Positions 27,763 through 36,772 of a stretch of 64,000 nt of DNA are shown one piece after another. This stretch comes from an uncultured virus (IMG/VR IMGVR_UViG_3300005098_000230) (lineage: Duplodnaviria > Heunggongvirae > Uroviricota > Caudoviricetes). Position numbers and translations under genes: made by a program. How positions within the stretch are numbered: the stretch's first letter is position 1; each line of letters begins with the position of its first letter. The notes beneath the pieces were generated by a model, which saw nothing but the letters and a program-made list of their open reading frames with translations, searched no databases and was not told where the DNA came from. The stretch is taken from the IMG/VR virus record IMGVR_UViG_3300005098_000230; one strand, written 5' to 3'.

Positions 27763-28128
27763 ATGAATCCAGCCTATCCAGCCATTGATCCCAACGGCCT
27801 CAAGGTGTTTGACTGCCCTGAATGTAACACTCCGAACGCCGTGATCGAGGACGACGTTGGCTTCACCTGCCGCGAATGCGGCGCAGAGTTTCCCGAGGGT
27901 GCCTTCGATGACCACACTGACGACCTCTACACATACATCACCCCGCGGGAGGCCGTGGAGTATCTGCGGGAGCAAGGCGTACCCCTACCCCAGCGCCTCG
28001 CCTCGGCACGCGAGGCACTGAACCGCCTGCGGAAGTGGGGCAAGATCAAGTATGTCCGCACTTTGGGCGGACACCATCGCTACATTCTGGAAAGCCTAGA
28101 GGATTTTGTCAAGCAAAGAGGAAAATGA
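27763..28128 (+). CDS. Zn-ribbon + excisionase/MerR-type HTH (possible RDF)
   Basis: CPEC..CREC; YITPREAVEYL..RTLGGHHRY. Confidence 0.7.
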   Translation: MNPAYPAIDPNGLKVFDCPECNTPNAVIEDDVGFTCRECGAEFPEGAFDDHTDDLYTYITPREAVEYLREQGVPLPQRLASAREALNRLRKWGKIKYVRTLGGHHRYILESLEDFVKQRGK

Positions 28129-28131
28129 GAC

Positions 28132-28167
28132 AAAGCCCCCCAAGTATCAACTTGGGGGGCTTTTTTT
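28132..28167. terminator. Intrinsic terminator between convergent genes
   Basis: AAAGCCCCCCAAG..CTTGGGGGGCTTTTTT. Confidence 0.85.
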
Positions 28168-28371
28168 ATCTAGCTTTATGTCCTGGCTCATGGTAGGCGA
28201 TATATATGTCAGCTTGCCATTCTTGAAATCCAGCCGGATGGTCAACTGGCCATTCGCCTTATTCTCATACACTGAGTTAAGAAACTCCTGAACATATCTG
28301 CTCAGGAGGACTTCCAGCATCGGTTGGGCAATCCTGCCCAGTCTCGGATCCGCGATGCACTGTGACACCAT
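28147..28371 (-). CDS. Small hypothetical protein (DUF2292-like)
   Basis: GQLTIRLDFKNGKL; GGGGAGG upstream. Confidence 0.35.
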   Translation of the reverse strand: MVSQCIADPRLGRIAQPMLEVLLSRYVQEFLNSVYENKANGQLTIRLDFKNGKLTYISPTMSQDIKLDKKSPPS

Positions 28372-28789
28372 CGCCTCCCCGTTGAGAAATTTGAATTTGA
28401 AACACCCCCTCCCCTGCACGCAAAACATTATACACAAATGTTGCAAAGATTGCAAACCCCCTGTCTCGACACCTCTGCTCCACATTCTGAGGTGTGAGAC
28501 CGGGGCCGAGATGAAGAAGAGTAGTCTGACCCACGAGCCAGACCATCACTCTGGAGCCGTCAATTCCAACACAGACTTGCATCGTGTTTCCTCAATAGTT
28601 TCCTCAATAAGAGAAAGTGGTGGGGGCGACTCGGCCTCGCCCCCACCCCCAGCAGGAAGGAAAGAAGGAGGAAAGCGGCCTGGTCGGGAGGAGCGCAAAC
28701 GTACTTGGTCTAGTATTTCGCCCACATTAAGCAGTCTTTGGAGTTGGAGTGAGTCGTCCATGCTCCCCCCAGTAACTTTGTGCCACTCT

Positions 28790-28869
28790 TAGTGACATTA
28801 TACCACACTTGCCTTGCACTTGTCAAGCAAGGGTGGACAAGCAATTGGAACTATGGTATAATGTCACTA
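28790..28869. promoter_or_regulatory. Divergent promoter pair forming a 16-bp perfect inverted repeat
   Basis: TAGTGACATTATACCA / TGGTATAATGTCACTA; TTGACA-18-TATAAT (-) and TGGACA-17-TATAAT (+). Confidence 0.7.
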
Positions 28870-28898
28870 GGGAGCAAGGCGCAACGAATGGGGGCAGT

Positions 28899-29141
28899 AT
28901 GCCAAGAAAAGGACAGCGACGAGGAGGGCGGCTGAGCACAATAGTCGCCCTGTCCCACGCACTGGGAGTACCGATCAGCACGCTGGCGATCACCCCAGAG
29001 GAAGACCAATCGCTACAGCCTGCAAAAACGGTGGTACTAGCGCGAATTGTTCGCAAGCTGGAGGCGCTTCCCCTGGAACAACTGAAGGTGTGCGAGGATT
29101 ACCTCGATTATCTACTCGCCAAGTCGCCAGAAGTCAAATAG
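28899..29141 (+). CDS. Small protein resembling the C-terminal half of an XRE HTH
   Basis: LSTIVALSHALGVPISTL. Confidence 0.45.
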   Translation: MPRKGQRRGGRLSTIVALSHALGVPISTLAITPEEDQSLQPAKTVVLARIVRKLEALPLEQLKVCEDYLDYLLAKSPEVK

Positions 29142-29205
29142 AATGCCGTCAACACCAGTCCATCACTGTGGATTGGTGTTTCTTCTTGGGGATCAGGAGT
29201 TGGTC

Positions 29206-30825
29206 ATGTGGGGAATCTACCTTCGGGTGAGTGATGAAGACGCGCAGAGGCCGGAGCTATCTATTCCCGCGCAACGGCAGGCGATCATGGAAACCCTCAT
29301 TAAGCCCTCTGGTGAGGGGGTATGGGGGGAATATACCGATCTGATCACTGGTCGTTCAGTGAGCAAGCGGCAACAGTTTCAGCAGATGTTGGTTGACGCG
29401 AAGGCCGGCCTGTTCAACAAGCTGGCCATTCACAAATGGGACCGCTTCGGTCGCAATTTGCTGGAAGCTCTCCAAACAGAAGAGGTGCTGACTGAGGCGG
29501 GGGTGCAGGTGATCGCCGCAGACATGGCTGGTCTGGACACCACCACTGCTGCCGGCTGGATGAGCAAAATATCGCTGCAAATGGTAGCTGAATTCCTCTC
29601 CCGTAACTTGGGGGAGGAAGCCCTCAAGGGAATGCGGGAGAAATTCCGGCGTGGCGGCTGGCCCTGGAGGGCCCCAGATGGATACATCAATAAGCGCGAG
29701 GGTGAACGAGGTGGTCGCGCGTGGGTGGAACTAGACCCAGAGAGAGCGCCGCTCATCGCCACCATCTTTCGACGGTGGGCTACAGGGCGGTATGACTCAC
29801 TGCGAGAGCTGGCTGAGGAACTCAACTCAGAGGGATACCGCCGACCTGATGGGGGGCTTTGGGACAAACAGACGTTGGCCCGACGCCTCCGTAATCCCTT
29901 TTACAAGGGGACTATCCGCTCCAGGCAGTGGGCAATGACCAATCAAGGCACCCACGAGCCGTTGGTGGACGAGGAGACCTGGTCATGTTGCCAATTGATT
30001 CTCGACCAGCACGGCGCAGGCAGGACTCGCCAGCGAAAACACACATATATCTTGGGGGGGATACTCTGGTGGGGGGACGACGAAACGGGCTGCCGTTTCC
30101 GGGGCACGACCAATCGGGGCAATCGGGGTAAGGGTAAGTGGATCCGCTACTACCGCACCCACCGACAGATAGGGGAACGGCGTCTCTACTTGCGGTGCGA
30201 GATGGTGGACTCGCAGATACCCACATTGCTCCGTTTGCTCGAAGTGCCTCCAGATGTGGAAGCAGCGTTGAGGCAAACCTATGCCGAAACGCTGGAGAGA
30301 GAAGCCCAGAGGGAGGGTCCCACTGAGAGATGGGAGCGGCAGGTACGCAAGTTGGAGCAGGAACGGCGCAACCTGCTCAGGCTGGCCCTGAAAGGCGCAG
30401 TCCCCGACGACTTATATGTTGAAGAAATGAACAGGCTCGAGGCGGCGCTAACCCACGCCCAGGCGCAACTGGAGGTTAGCCGGCGAGCGGTGTACCACGC
30501 AATGAACGCCCTGGATAAGGCGCTACTGTTACTGAGACAGGCAGCGGATTTGTGGGAGGTTGCTACAAACGAGGAGCGGAAGAAGCTGGTCGGGCTGATT
30601 TTCCAGAGGATACGGGTGGACAATGAGGGGACAATCATCGAGGCCGTACTGCACCAGCCCTTCGGCTGGATACAAAAAACTACCGCTGATGGCGGTAGTT
30701 CGATTAAGGATAAGTTAAGTACCCCTAATGCGACCTTAATCGAACTTTCCTCTACCTCCCTCCTGCTCCCGCAGGAGCATGAAAGTATACATCTCCTCGA
30801 CGATCTTGCGCCCCTCGTCCGATAG
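29206..30825 (+). CDS. Large serine recombinase (integrase)
   Basis: YLRVS catalytic Ser, DRFGRN, PDGY, LRNPFYKG, HEPLVD, coiled coil. Confidence 0.95.
   Translation: MWGIYLRVSDEDAQRPELSIPAQRQAIMETLIKPSGEGVWGEYTDLITGRSVSKRQQFQQMLVDAKAGLFNKLAIHKWDRFGRNLLEALQTEEVLTEAGVQVIAADMAGLDTTTAAGWMSKISLQMVAEFLSRNLGEEALKGMREKFRRGGWPWRAPDGYINKREGERGGRAWVELDPERAPLIATIFRRWATGRYDSLRELAEELNSEGYRRPDGGLWDKQTLARRLRNPFYKGTIRSRQWAMTNQGTHEPLVDEETWSCCQLILDQHGAGRTRQRKHTYILGGILWWGDDETGCRFRGTTNRGNRGKGKWIRYYRTHRQIGERRLYLRCEMVDSQIPTLLRLLEVPPDVEAALRQTYAETLEREAQREGPTERWERQVRKLEQERRNLLRLALKGAVPDDLYVEEMNRLEAALTHAQAQLEVSRRAVYHAMNALDKALLLLRQAADLWEVATNEERKKLVGLIFQRIRVDNEGTIIEAVLHQPFGWIQKTTADGGSSIKDKLSTPNATLIELSSTSLLLPQEHESIHLLDDLAPLVR
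30697..30746. other. Candidate attP in the 3' end of the integrase gene
   Basis: 50-bp site with perfect 13-bp arms AGTTCGATTAAGG / CCTTAATCGAACT. Confidence 0.65.
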
Positions 30826-31194
30826 CTTGTCCAAGCGAGGGCCGAGGCAATCCTCCTCCCGCATCCATCCCTCGTACCCCTCCAACTCCAAGAACTCCCC
30901 TATGTCGCCTGGTTGGAGGTATTCTGCCTCGATGAAAAAACGGACTACTGAGGCTCGTCTGGCCAGGTCTGGAGCCACTGACTCCAAAGCACGGCGAGTG
31001 GCTTGGGCCAGGGGGCGCAGCGTCTCAGGCAGTGGAGCTCCCCGATGCCCCGTCAGGAACGCCGATACCAGCGATCCCGACAAGCCCGCTTCCTTTGCCA
31101 CCTCAAAAGCGGTAGGACGCCCCTCTTGCCTCTTGCCGTAGAGGCTACGCATGAAATCGCGCAGCCTCTCTCCTGTCTGCTTGCGTGGTGCCAT
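30736..31194 (-). CDS. CI-like XRE-family repressor
   Basis: EVAKEAGLSGSLVSAFLTG..PLPETLRPLA; divergent from the replication gene. Confidence 0.8.
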   Translation of the reverse strand: MAPRKQTGERLRDFMRSLYGKRQEGRPTAFEVAKEAGLSGSLVSAFLTGHRGAPLPETLRPLAQATRRALESVAPDLARRASVVRFFIEAEYLQPGDIGEFLELEGYEGWMREEDCLGPRLDKLSDEGRKIVEEMYTFMLLREQEGGRGKFD

Positions 31195-31238
31195 AAAACC
31201 TCCTTTCGCCCTTTCGCTTGCAATATTTATCAAGTACC

Positions 31239-31304
31239 ATTATAGCCTATCCCGTTTCAGTTGTCAAGTTAAGGCTTGACAACCGCAATGCGATATGATA
31301 TAAT
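31239..31304. promoter_or_regulatory. Back-to-back consensus promoters (genetic switch)
   Basis: TTGACA-17-TATAAT on both strands (31239-31267 minus; 31276-31304 plus). Confidence 0.85.
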
Positions 31305-31349
31305 TGTCTTGCAGGTGAAACATAACCGCGTACACGAAGAGGCAACAAT

Positions 31350-32171
31350 ATGGCAGAAGAGCGCACCTTTTGGCCCAACTCGACACAGTATCCCAACCTT
31401 CTGACCGACCAACTGATGTACCTGCTCACTTCCGATGAGTGGAAAGTAGTGAGCTACGTTTGTCGGCGCACCTTTGGCTTCCAGAAGTGGAAGGACCCAA
31501 TCAGTTACGACCAGCTCATGCACGGCCTGCGTAGCCGTGCAACTGGCAAAATGCTGGACGGGGGTACGGGACTGACAGAATATGCTCTCAAAAAAGCCCT
31601 GCGTGGGTTGTGCAAGCGTGGGGCTAACCTGCTCCTGAGAGAGAAACGGGAAGGTCAAGAAAGCATCTTCTCCCTCAATCTCGACATCAACACGGTTAGG
31701 GTTGATTGGCTGCTAGAGCGCCGCAGGCGCAAGGAGGAACAAGACCGCCAGCGCACGAGCAAGGCCCGTCAAGCTCGTGGCGAGGACAACCCCGGTTGTC
31801 CCACAACCGGGGTTGTCCCACAACCGGACACCCCGGTTGTCCCACAACCGGACACCCCGGTTGTCCCACAACCGACACAAAATAAAGGAAACAAAGGAAA
31901 TAATGGAGATATAGATAGTATCTGGACTTGTTTCCTTACTGAGGTCGAAAGGCAAATGACCAAAGCAACTTTTCACAGTTGGGTTGCTCCTTGCTCCCTC
32001 ATTGCCATCACTGAGGACAATGGCACGGGTGTGAACATCCGCATCCGTTGCAAAACCGTATACGCTCAGGAATGGCTTACCAACCGTCTGCGCCCCATTT
32101 TCCTCCGCACCTTCGAGGGGCTGTTGGGCAAGCCGGTAACCACCATCAGTTTCGAGACGGAGAAAGCATGA
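31350..32171 (+). CDS. Replication initiator (lambda O-like N-term, DnaA_N C-term)
   Basis: RRTFGFQK..ISYDQL..GTGL; C-term W..MTKATFHSWV..YAQEWLTNRL. Confidence 0.85.
   Translation: MAEERTFWPNSTQYPNLLTDQLMYLLTSDEWKVVSYVCRRTFGFQKWKDPISYDQLMHGLRSRATGKMLDGGTGLTEYALKKALRGLCKRGANLLLREKREGQESIFSLNLDINTVRVDWLLERRRRKEEQDRQRTSKARQARGEDNPGCPTTGVVPQPDTPVVPQPDTPVVPQPTQNKGNKGNNGDIDSIWTCFLTEVERQMTKATFHSWVAPCSLIAITEDNGTGVNIRIRCKTVYAQEWLTNRLRPIFLRTFEGLLGKPVTTISFETEKA
31785..31878 (+). repeat. Iterons / probable origin inside the rep gene
   Basis: Four copies of near-palindromic GGTTGTCCCACAACC. Confidence 0.8.
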
Positions 32172-32599
32172 CACCACAAAATCGTCTCACTGTCACCCTG
32201 AACCTCCCCAACTCAGTCAATGGCTTATACTTCGTGCCCCCGTGTCCCAAGTGTGGGTATCGGGGGAACCGACTGCGGAAGAATTATCAGGCCCGCAGTT
32301 ACACCCAGCGTGAGGGCGAGGTGGTGATTTGGGAAGCACGACAGCAGAACTTTCAACCCAGGAACAAGAGACCTTATCGGGTGCGAGCCAACGTTTGGTT
32401 GGTCGATAAGAGATCAGACATGCCCAACAGGATTAAGCATTTACTAGACACCGTACTGGGAGCGTTGGGCATTGATGATCGGTATGTCGCGGAGGTGCAT
32501 ATTGTCGCGTGTTATGACCGGGGTCGGCCCCGGGTGGAAATCGAGGTATCAGAGATGGGCGAGTGGCCCTCGCCCCAAGAATTCACACAGGAGGACTAA
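32168..32599 (+). CDS. rusA: RusA-like Holliday junction resolvase
   Basis: PNSVN..DMPNRIKHLLD..IDDRYV..PRVEIEV. Confidence 0.8.
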   Translation: MTPQNRLTVTLNLPNSVNGLYFVPPCPKCGYRGNRLRKNYQARSYTQREGEVVIWEARQQNFQPRNKRPYRVRANVWLVDKRSDMPNRIKHLLDTVLGALGIDDRYVAEVHIVACYDRGRPRVEIEVSEMGEWPSPQEFTQED

Positions 32600-32600
32600 A

Positions 32601-33596
32601 ATGATCACTGCTGGTGCTGACATTGGGTACGGTTTCAGCAAGGCCCAGGCTGTCAGCCCTCGGATCTCGAGGGTGAGCTTCCCCAGTGCGGTGGGCAATG
32701 TAGAGCGCATCGCTTTTCAGAACGAACTCATCACAGACGGCGGGGGGAAGGTGGTCAAGCTCAACGGACGGGCGTACTTCTATGGTGACATGGCTCTGCT
32801 CCAGAGCAGGATCGTCTCCACCTTGCTGGACCGCAGTCGGGTGGACGATCCAATGAACCAACAGCTTTTCGTCGCCCTGCTATACGAGCTGATCCAAGAG
32901 GTGGGGCAAAACCAGCCCATGCGGGTAGTGACGGGTCTGCCCGTCGAGTATTTCGCTGATCGCGCGAAACTAATAGAACAATGGCAGGGTGTCCACCATG
33001 TTGAGGTTGGCGGCGAGATGCAGCATTTCCATGTGGAAAGGGTTTTCGTCGTGCCCCAGCCGTTCGGATCCCTCTTCGCTACCATCCTCGACCATGAAGG
33101 CAGAATCGCCAATACCACTCTCGCCGGCGGGCGCGTGGGCATTATGGACGTTGGCACTTACACCTGCGACTTTGTGGTCGCCGACGCTCTCCGCTACATC
33201 GAAAAGATGAGCGGGTCAGTACCAGTTGGTATGAGCCGTGCTTTACAGTTCGTCCAGCGTGACATCCTAGCCGAGTATGGGCGTGAACTGACTTTGCACG
33301 AAGCAGACCGCGCCATTCGATCAGGGGTTGTGCGGATCAAGGGCGAAGTTGTGGACGTTCGGCCAATGGCTGACGCATACATAGAAGAACTCGCCGCTTA
33401 CCTGATCGCAAAGGCCCGCGATCTGTGGGGTGAGGGGGTGGACTTGGACACCATCCTCGTCACGGGTGGCGGTGCAGCCTGGATCGGCGAGGCCGTGAGG
33501 GAAGTGTATCCCCAGGCCATTGTGCTGGAGCAGCCCTTCTGGGCCAATGTCACTGGCTTTGCCCTGTACGGCCTGCGCCCCGCTACCTGGCGGTAG
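32601..33596 (+). CDS. parM: ParM/StbA actin-like partition ATPase
   Basis: DIGYGFSK, VTGLPV, PQPFGS, DVGTYTCD, VTGGGA, ANVTG. Confidence 0.9.
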   Translation: MITAGADIGYGFSKAQAVSPRISRVSFPSAVGNVERIAFQNELITDGGGKVVKLNGRAYFYGDMALLQSRIVSTLLDRSRVDDPMNQQLFVALLYELIQEVGQNQPMRVVTGLPVEYFADRAKLIEQWQGVHHVEVGGEMQHFHVERVFVVPQPFGSLFATILDHEGRIANTTLAGGRVGIMDVGTYTCDFVVADALRYIEKMSGSVPVGMSRALQFVQRDILAEYGRELTLHEADRAIRSGVVRIKGEVVDVRPMADAYIEELAAYLIAKARDLWGEGVDLDTILVTGGGAAWIGEAVREVYPQAIVLEQPFWANVTGFALYGLRPATWR

Positions 33597-33662
33597 TTGT
33601 ACTACACTTGTACTACAATTTTGGGGGCGGGCGAGCGGATTTGTACTACACTTGTACTACAA
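33597..33662 (+). repeat. Centromere-like repeats (parC-like)
   Basis: TTGTACTACACTTGTACTACAA x2 with a 22-bp spacer. Confidence 0.75.
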
Positions 33663-33669
33663 GGGAGCA

Positions 33670-33945
33670 TTGGCGGTGCGAGTCCAAGCACGGTTGGGAA
33701 GGGAGGATCAGGAACTCATCGACTACCTTCGCGGTCAAGCAAACAGAAGCGAGGCCGCGAGGGAGCTCATGCGGGCAGGGTTGCGGGCAATACGTCAGTC
33801 TACAAGCCCCGATACCGAACCGCTGGAGCAGGTGCTCCGCCGCGTGCTCCGTGAGGAACTGGCGAGTTTGCAGATCAAGTCGCTTGGCTCCACCGAGGAG
33901 GAGGACTCCGAGCTTGCCGACAATCTGGATTCGCTTTTCAGGTAA
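33670..33945 (+). CDS. Ribbon-helix-helix adaptor (ParR-like)
   Basis: VRVQARL-REDQELIDYL-NRSEAARELMRAGL; acidic C-terminal tail; TTG start after AAGGGAG. Confidence 0.7.
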   Translation: MAVRVQARLGREDQELIDYLRGQANRSEAARELMRAGLRAIRQSTSPDTEPLEQVLRRVLREELASLQIKSLGSTEEEDSELADNLDSLFR

Positions 33946-34006
33946 CTTTTCAGGTAAGATGAGATTACGACTGTGGTTGCTTTGGTATAGAATTCGGGAG
34001 AGCGTG

Positions 34007-34084
34007 ATGAAAACCATCGCGGTCTTACTGCCCCTGACCATTGCTCTCTATACCCTATGTCGTTACCTCAAGGAGGGGCGATGA
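34007..34084 (+). CDS. 25-aa hydrophobic peptide
   Basis: MKTIAVLLPLTIALYTLCRYLKEGR, ATGA-coupled to the next gene. Confidence 0.4.
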   Translation: MKTIAVLLPLTIALYTLCRYLKEGR

Positions 34085-34662
34085 AGGAAACAGTTTGGCG
34101 CAAGCACTGGTGGGTGCTGGTCAAAGCCCTGTGGGGGCCAGTGTGCTGGATGGGGCGGATGCTCCTCTTTGATCTGCTCCTCGCCCTCATTGCCTGGGTG
34201 GTAGTCGGGATGGAAGTACAGGTCTCGCCTGGGAGCTGGATCGTCTTGGGAGCTTCGGCTGTGGGTCTTTGGGTTCCCCTCATCGCGTGGGGAGCGTGGG
34301 AGGTGATAGACTGGTGGAACGACCGCTACATTCTCACGCCCACCCACGCTGTTGACGAGCAGAAAAAGCCATTTTTGGGAGGCACCAAGAGAATCGCCGT
34401 AGACCTCCAAAATATCCAATCGGTCAGCTTTGTGATGGCTGATCGAATGGACGAACTTTTGAAAATCGGGAATGTTGTCATTGAGTCAGCGGGGAAACGA
34501 ACGGTGTATTGGAATGGTATTCCGAAGCCCAAGAAGGTTGCCGCCAAGATCGAGGAGGCAGCCCTAGCGCGTCAGCAAGCCGTGCGACAAGAGGAAATCA
34601 TGGTCATCACCGACGCCATCACTGGCGGGTTCGAGGAGGTGAGGCAATGTCGAGTTTCGTAA
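34081..34662 (+). CDS. Membrane protein with bacterial PH (bPH_2-like) domain
   Basis: 2 TM then DWWNDRYILT..IQSVSF..IGNVVIESAG. Confidence 0.7.
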   Translation: MKETVWRKHWWVLVKALWGPVCWMGRMLLFDLLLALIAWVVVGMEVQVSPGSWIVLGASAVGLWVPLIAWGAWEVIDWWNDRYILTPTHAVDEQKKPFLGGTKRIAVDLQNIQSVSFVMADRMDELLKIGNVVIESAGKRTVYWNGIPKPKKVAAKIEEAALARQQAVRQEEIMVITDAITGGFEEVRQCRVS

Positions 34663-35162
34663 CCACTGGACTTGTCTGCAACACCGTTTTTATCCTCACT
34701 GTTGGGGCGGCAGTCATTGGTCTCCTATGGCTGGGCGGACGGGTCTATGTAGACTTGCGCAAACGGGCACAGACCATTGGCGACTTCACAGTCACCTCTA
34801 ATGGACGGGTTGTGCCTCGCAAGATAAAGGCGCAGAATGGCCAAGAGGTTATAGTGGACTTGGAGAAAGCGCCGAGTCCGCAGGTCGCCCCGGGCGACGT
34901 GGAGATGCACGCAGAGGTGCCTGAGCAGCGCAAAGCCACCGCTTTGCAAGGTCATTACTTTGCGGAAATGGCGAGGGCGACAGCCAGCAAACCCCCAGCG
35001 GGCGGGGGCGGTAATGTTATGACCTTGCTCCAAGCGGGGAGGCGGGTAATACCAGAACAGGTACGGGTAGCCTTGCCCCCCGAGGCGAGGACTGCTAAGG
35101 GGGAGTTTATAGAGGGGGAGCTCGATGGGGGAGATCGAGGTTCAGTTCCTGCCGCCGACTGA
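34647..35162 (+). CDS. Single-TM hypothetical protein
   Basis: N-terminal hydrophobic helix; GAGGAGGT RBS. Confidence 0.65.
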   Translation: MSSFVTTGLVCNTVFILTVGAAVIGLLWLGGRVYVDLRKRAQTIGDFTVTSNGRVVPRKIKAQNGQEVIVDLEKAPSPQVAPGDVEMHAEVPEQRKATALQGHYFAEMARATASKPPAGGGGNVMTLLQAGRRVIPEQVRVALPPEARTAKGEFIEGELDGGDRGSVPAAD

Positions 35163-36627
35163 TCCAGTCGTGGCGGAGATGCAAATATTGGCCCACGCAA
35201 CGCTGGACGCCTTACGTGACCTCAACCTCTACCGGCGAGAAGGGGGAATACCTCAGGAGGTCGGGGTCAAGGAACTGGTCGTCACGAACGATAGGGCAAT
35301 TGGTATGGTGGTGTTGGATGTGCTGAACCTGCCCAATGATGGTGTGGGGCGGCAGCTTTCCTTCGCCACCATGAGCAGCGCCCGCGTCCTTGACCAGGTA
35401 CAGGTACGGGCCAGCGCAGCTTTGGGCCGGCCTGTACCTGTGCGGGTGCAGAACTCGTACCGCCTGACCTATCTCTTCCAACTCAAGTCACCCGAGGAAG
35501 TCACGTATCCCTTCCCTGCCCTGTTCACTGAGTATATTGGACAGCAACCGGGGCCATACTACGTTCCGCTCGGGCACAATGGGCGGAAAGTGGTGTGGAG
35601 GGATGTCCGAAAGGACACCCACTATCTCATTACTGGTCAGTCAGGAGCGGGGAAGAGCAATCTCTTCCACACCATGATCTGCGCTCTGGCCGAAACGCCA
35701 CCAGAGCAGGTGCGATTTGTACTGTGTGATGCGCAAGCCGTGACCTTTTCCCTCTACCAAGACCTGGGCGCTCGGCTGTGGCAGCCCGTGGCCACCACGC
35801 CAGAGGCGATTGCCCGGGTGCTCACTGAGGCGGTGGGTGAGCATGAACGTCGGCTACGAATGCTCCAAGATACCCGGGTGGAGAGCGTAGAGCAGTTGGC
35901 TGAGGAAACGGGCCAGCGCCTTCCGTATATCATTGTGGTGTGCGAGGAGATCATGGTCCTCAAGGCCCTGGCCGATAAGTCCACTGGTGAGAAGGTGGAC
36001 CAGACGCTGATCACGCTGCTGGCTGGGGCCAGGAAGACGGGGTTTCGCGTCTGGTTGGGCCTCCAGTACCTTTTGGCACAGTATGTCCCCACAGCAGGCG
36101 AGGCACAGGCATGTGTCTCGGTCGGCTTTCGGAACTCCAAGCCGGGGAGCATCCGCACCTTTGGCGACGACATTGCCGCCAAGCTCCCCAGTCCAGCAGG
36201 GCCGAATGGTCGGCCTGGGCGGTTCGTCATGGCACACGGCAACCGCCGTCAGATACTCCAAGCTCTCTACATTGACCGTGCCACCATCCTCGAACGGGTG
36301 GCACGGTTGGCAGAGGCGGTGAAGTATGAGCCAGACCCGATCATCGTAGCCCTCTTGGAGAGAGCTGAGGAACGGGGGGATTTTGCTCTACACCGCATGT
36401 ATAGCGAATATGTCGCTGAACAATGGCCTGGACTCTCCCACCGCCAGTTGCGGCGGTGCGCCGAAGCGTTGGAGCGCATTGGCGTCCTGCGCCGGCGGGC
36501 GCTGGAGACCGGCCCCGAGGTGCGGGAACTGGCTGGGCCGCTTGACCAAATGGTGAATCGGCTATCTCGCTACCCCTTCCGCTTTGAGCGGGTGGGAGAG
36601 CGATGGCAGTTTATCTCACCCCCATAG
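35125..36627 (+). CDS. FtsK/SpoIIIE-like ATPase
   Basis: HYLITGQSGAGKS Walker A; IIVVCEE variant Walker B; GARKTG. Confidence 0.8.
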   Translation: MGEIEVQFLPPTDPVVAEMQILAHATLDALRDLNLYRREGGIPQEVGVKELVVTNDRAIGMVVLDVLNLPNDGVGRQLSFATMSSARVLDQVQVRASAALGRPVPVRVQNSYRLTYLFQLKSPEEVTYPFPALFTEYIGQQPGPYYVPLGHNGRKVVWRDVRKDTHYLITGQSGAGKSNLFHTMICALAETPPEQVRFVLCDAQAVTFSLYQDLGARLWQPVATTPEAIARVLTEAVGEHERRLRMLQDTRVESVEQLAEETGQRLPYIIVVCEEIMVLKALADKSTGEKVDQTLITLLAGARKTGFRVWLGLQYLLAQYVPTAGEAQACVSVGFRNSKPGSIRTFGDDIAAKLPSPAGPNGRPGRFVMAHGNRRQILQALYIDRATILERVARLAEAVKYEPDPIIVALLERAEERGDFALHRMYSEYVAEQWPGLSHRQLRRCAEALERIGVLRRRALETGPEVRELAGPLDQMVNRLSRYPFRFERVGERWQFISPP

Positions 36628-36772
36628 TGTTCATAAGGAGAAGGAGGTGGTGCCTATCACCAATCACCAAAGCCTGAGCGGGGACTGTCGGGCACAATGT
36701 TGGGGATAAACAACCAGTGAGGAGGGAGACCCCCGCCTCCCTCCTCACCATTTCGCAGGATGGGAGGAGCAG

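Noticed and set aside
33597..33662. Repeat-spacer-repeat as a mini-CRISPR
   Set aside because: Only two units, internally tandem, and located between parM and an RHH gene; a centromere is more parsimonious
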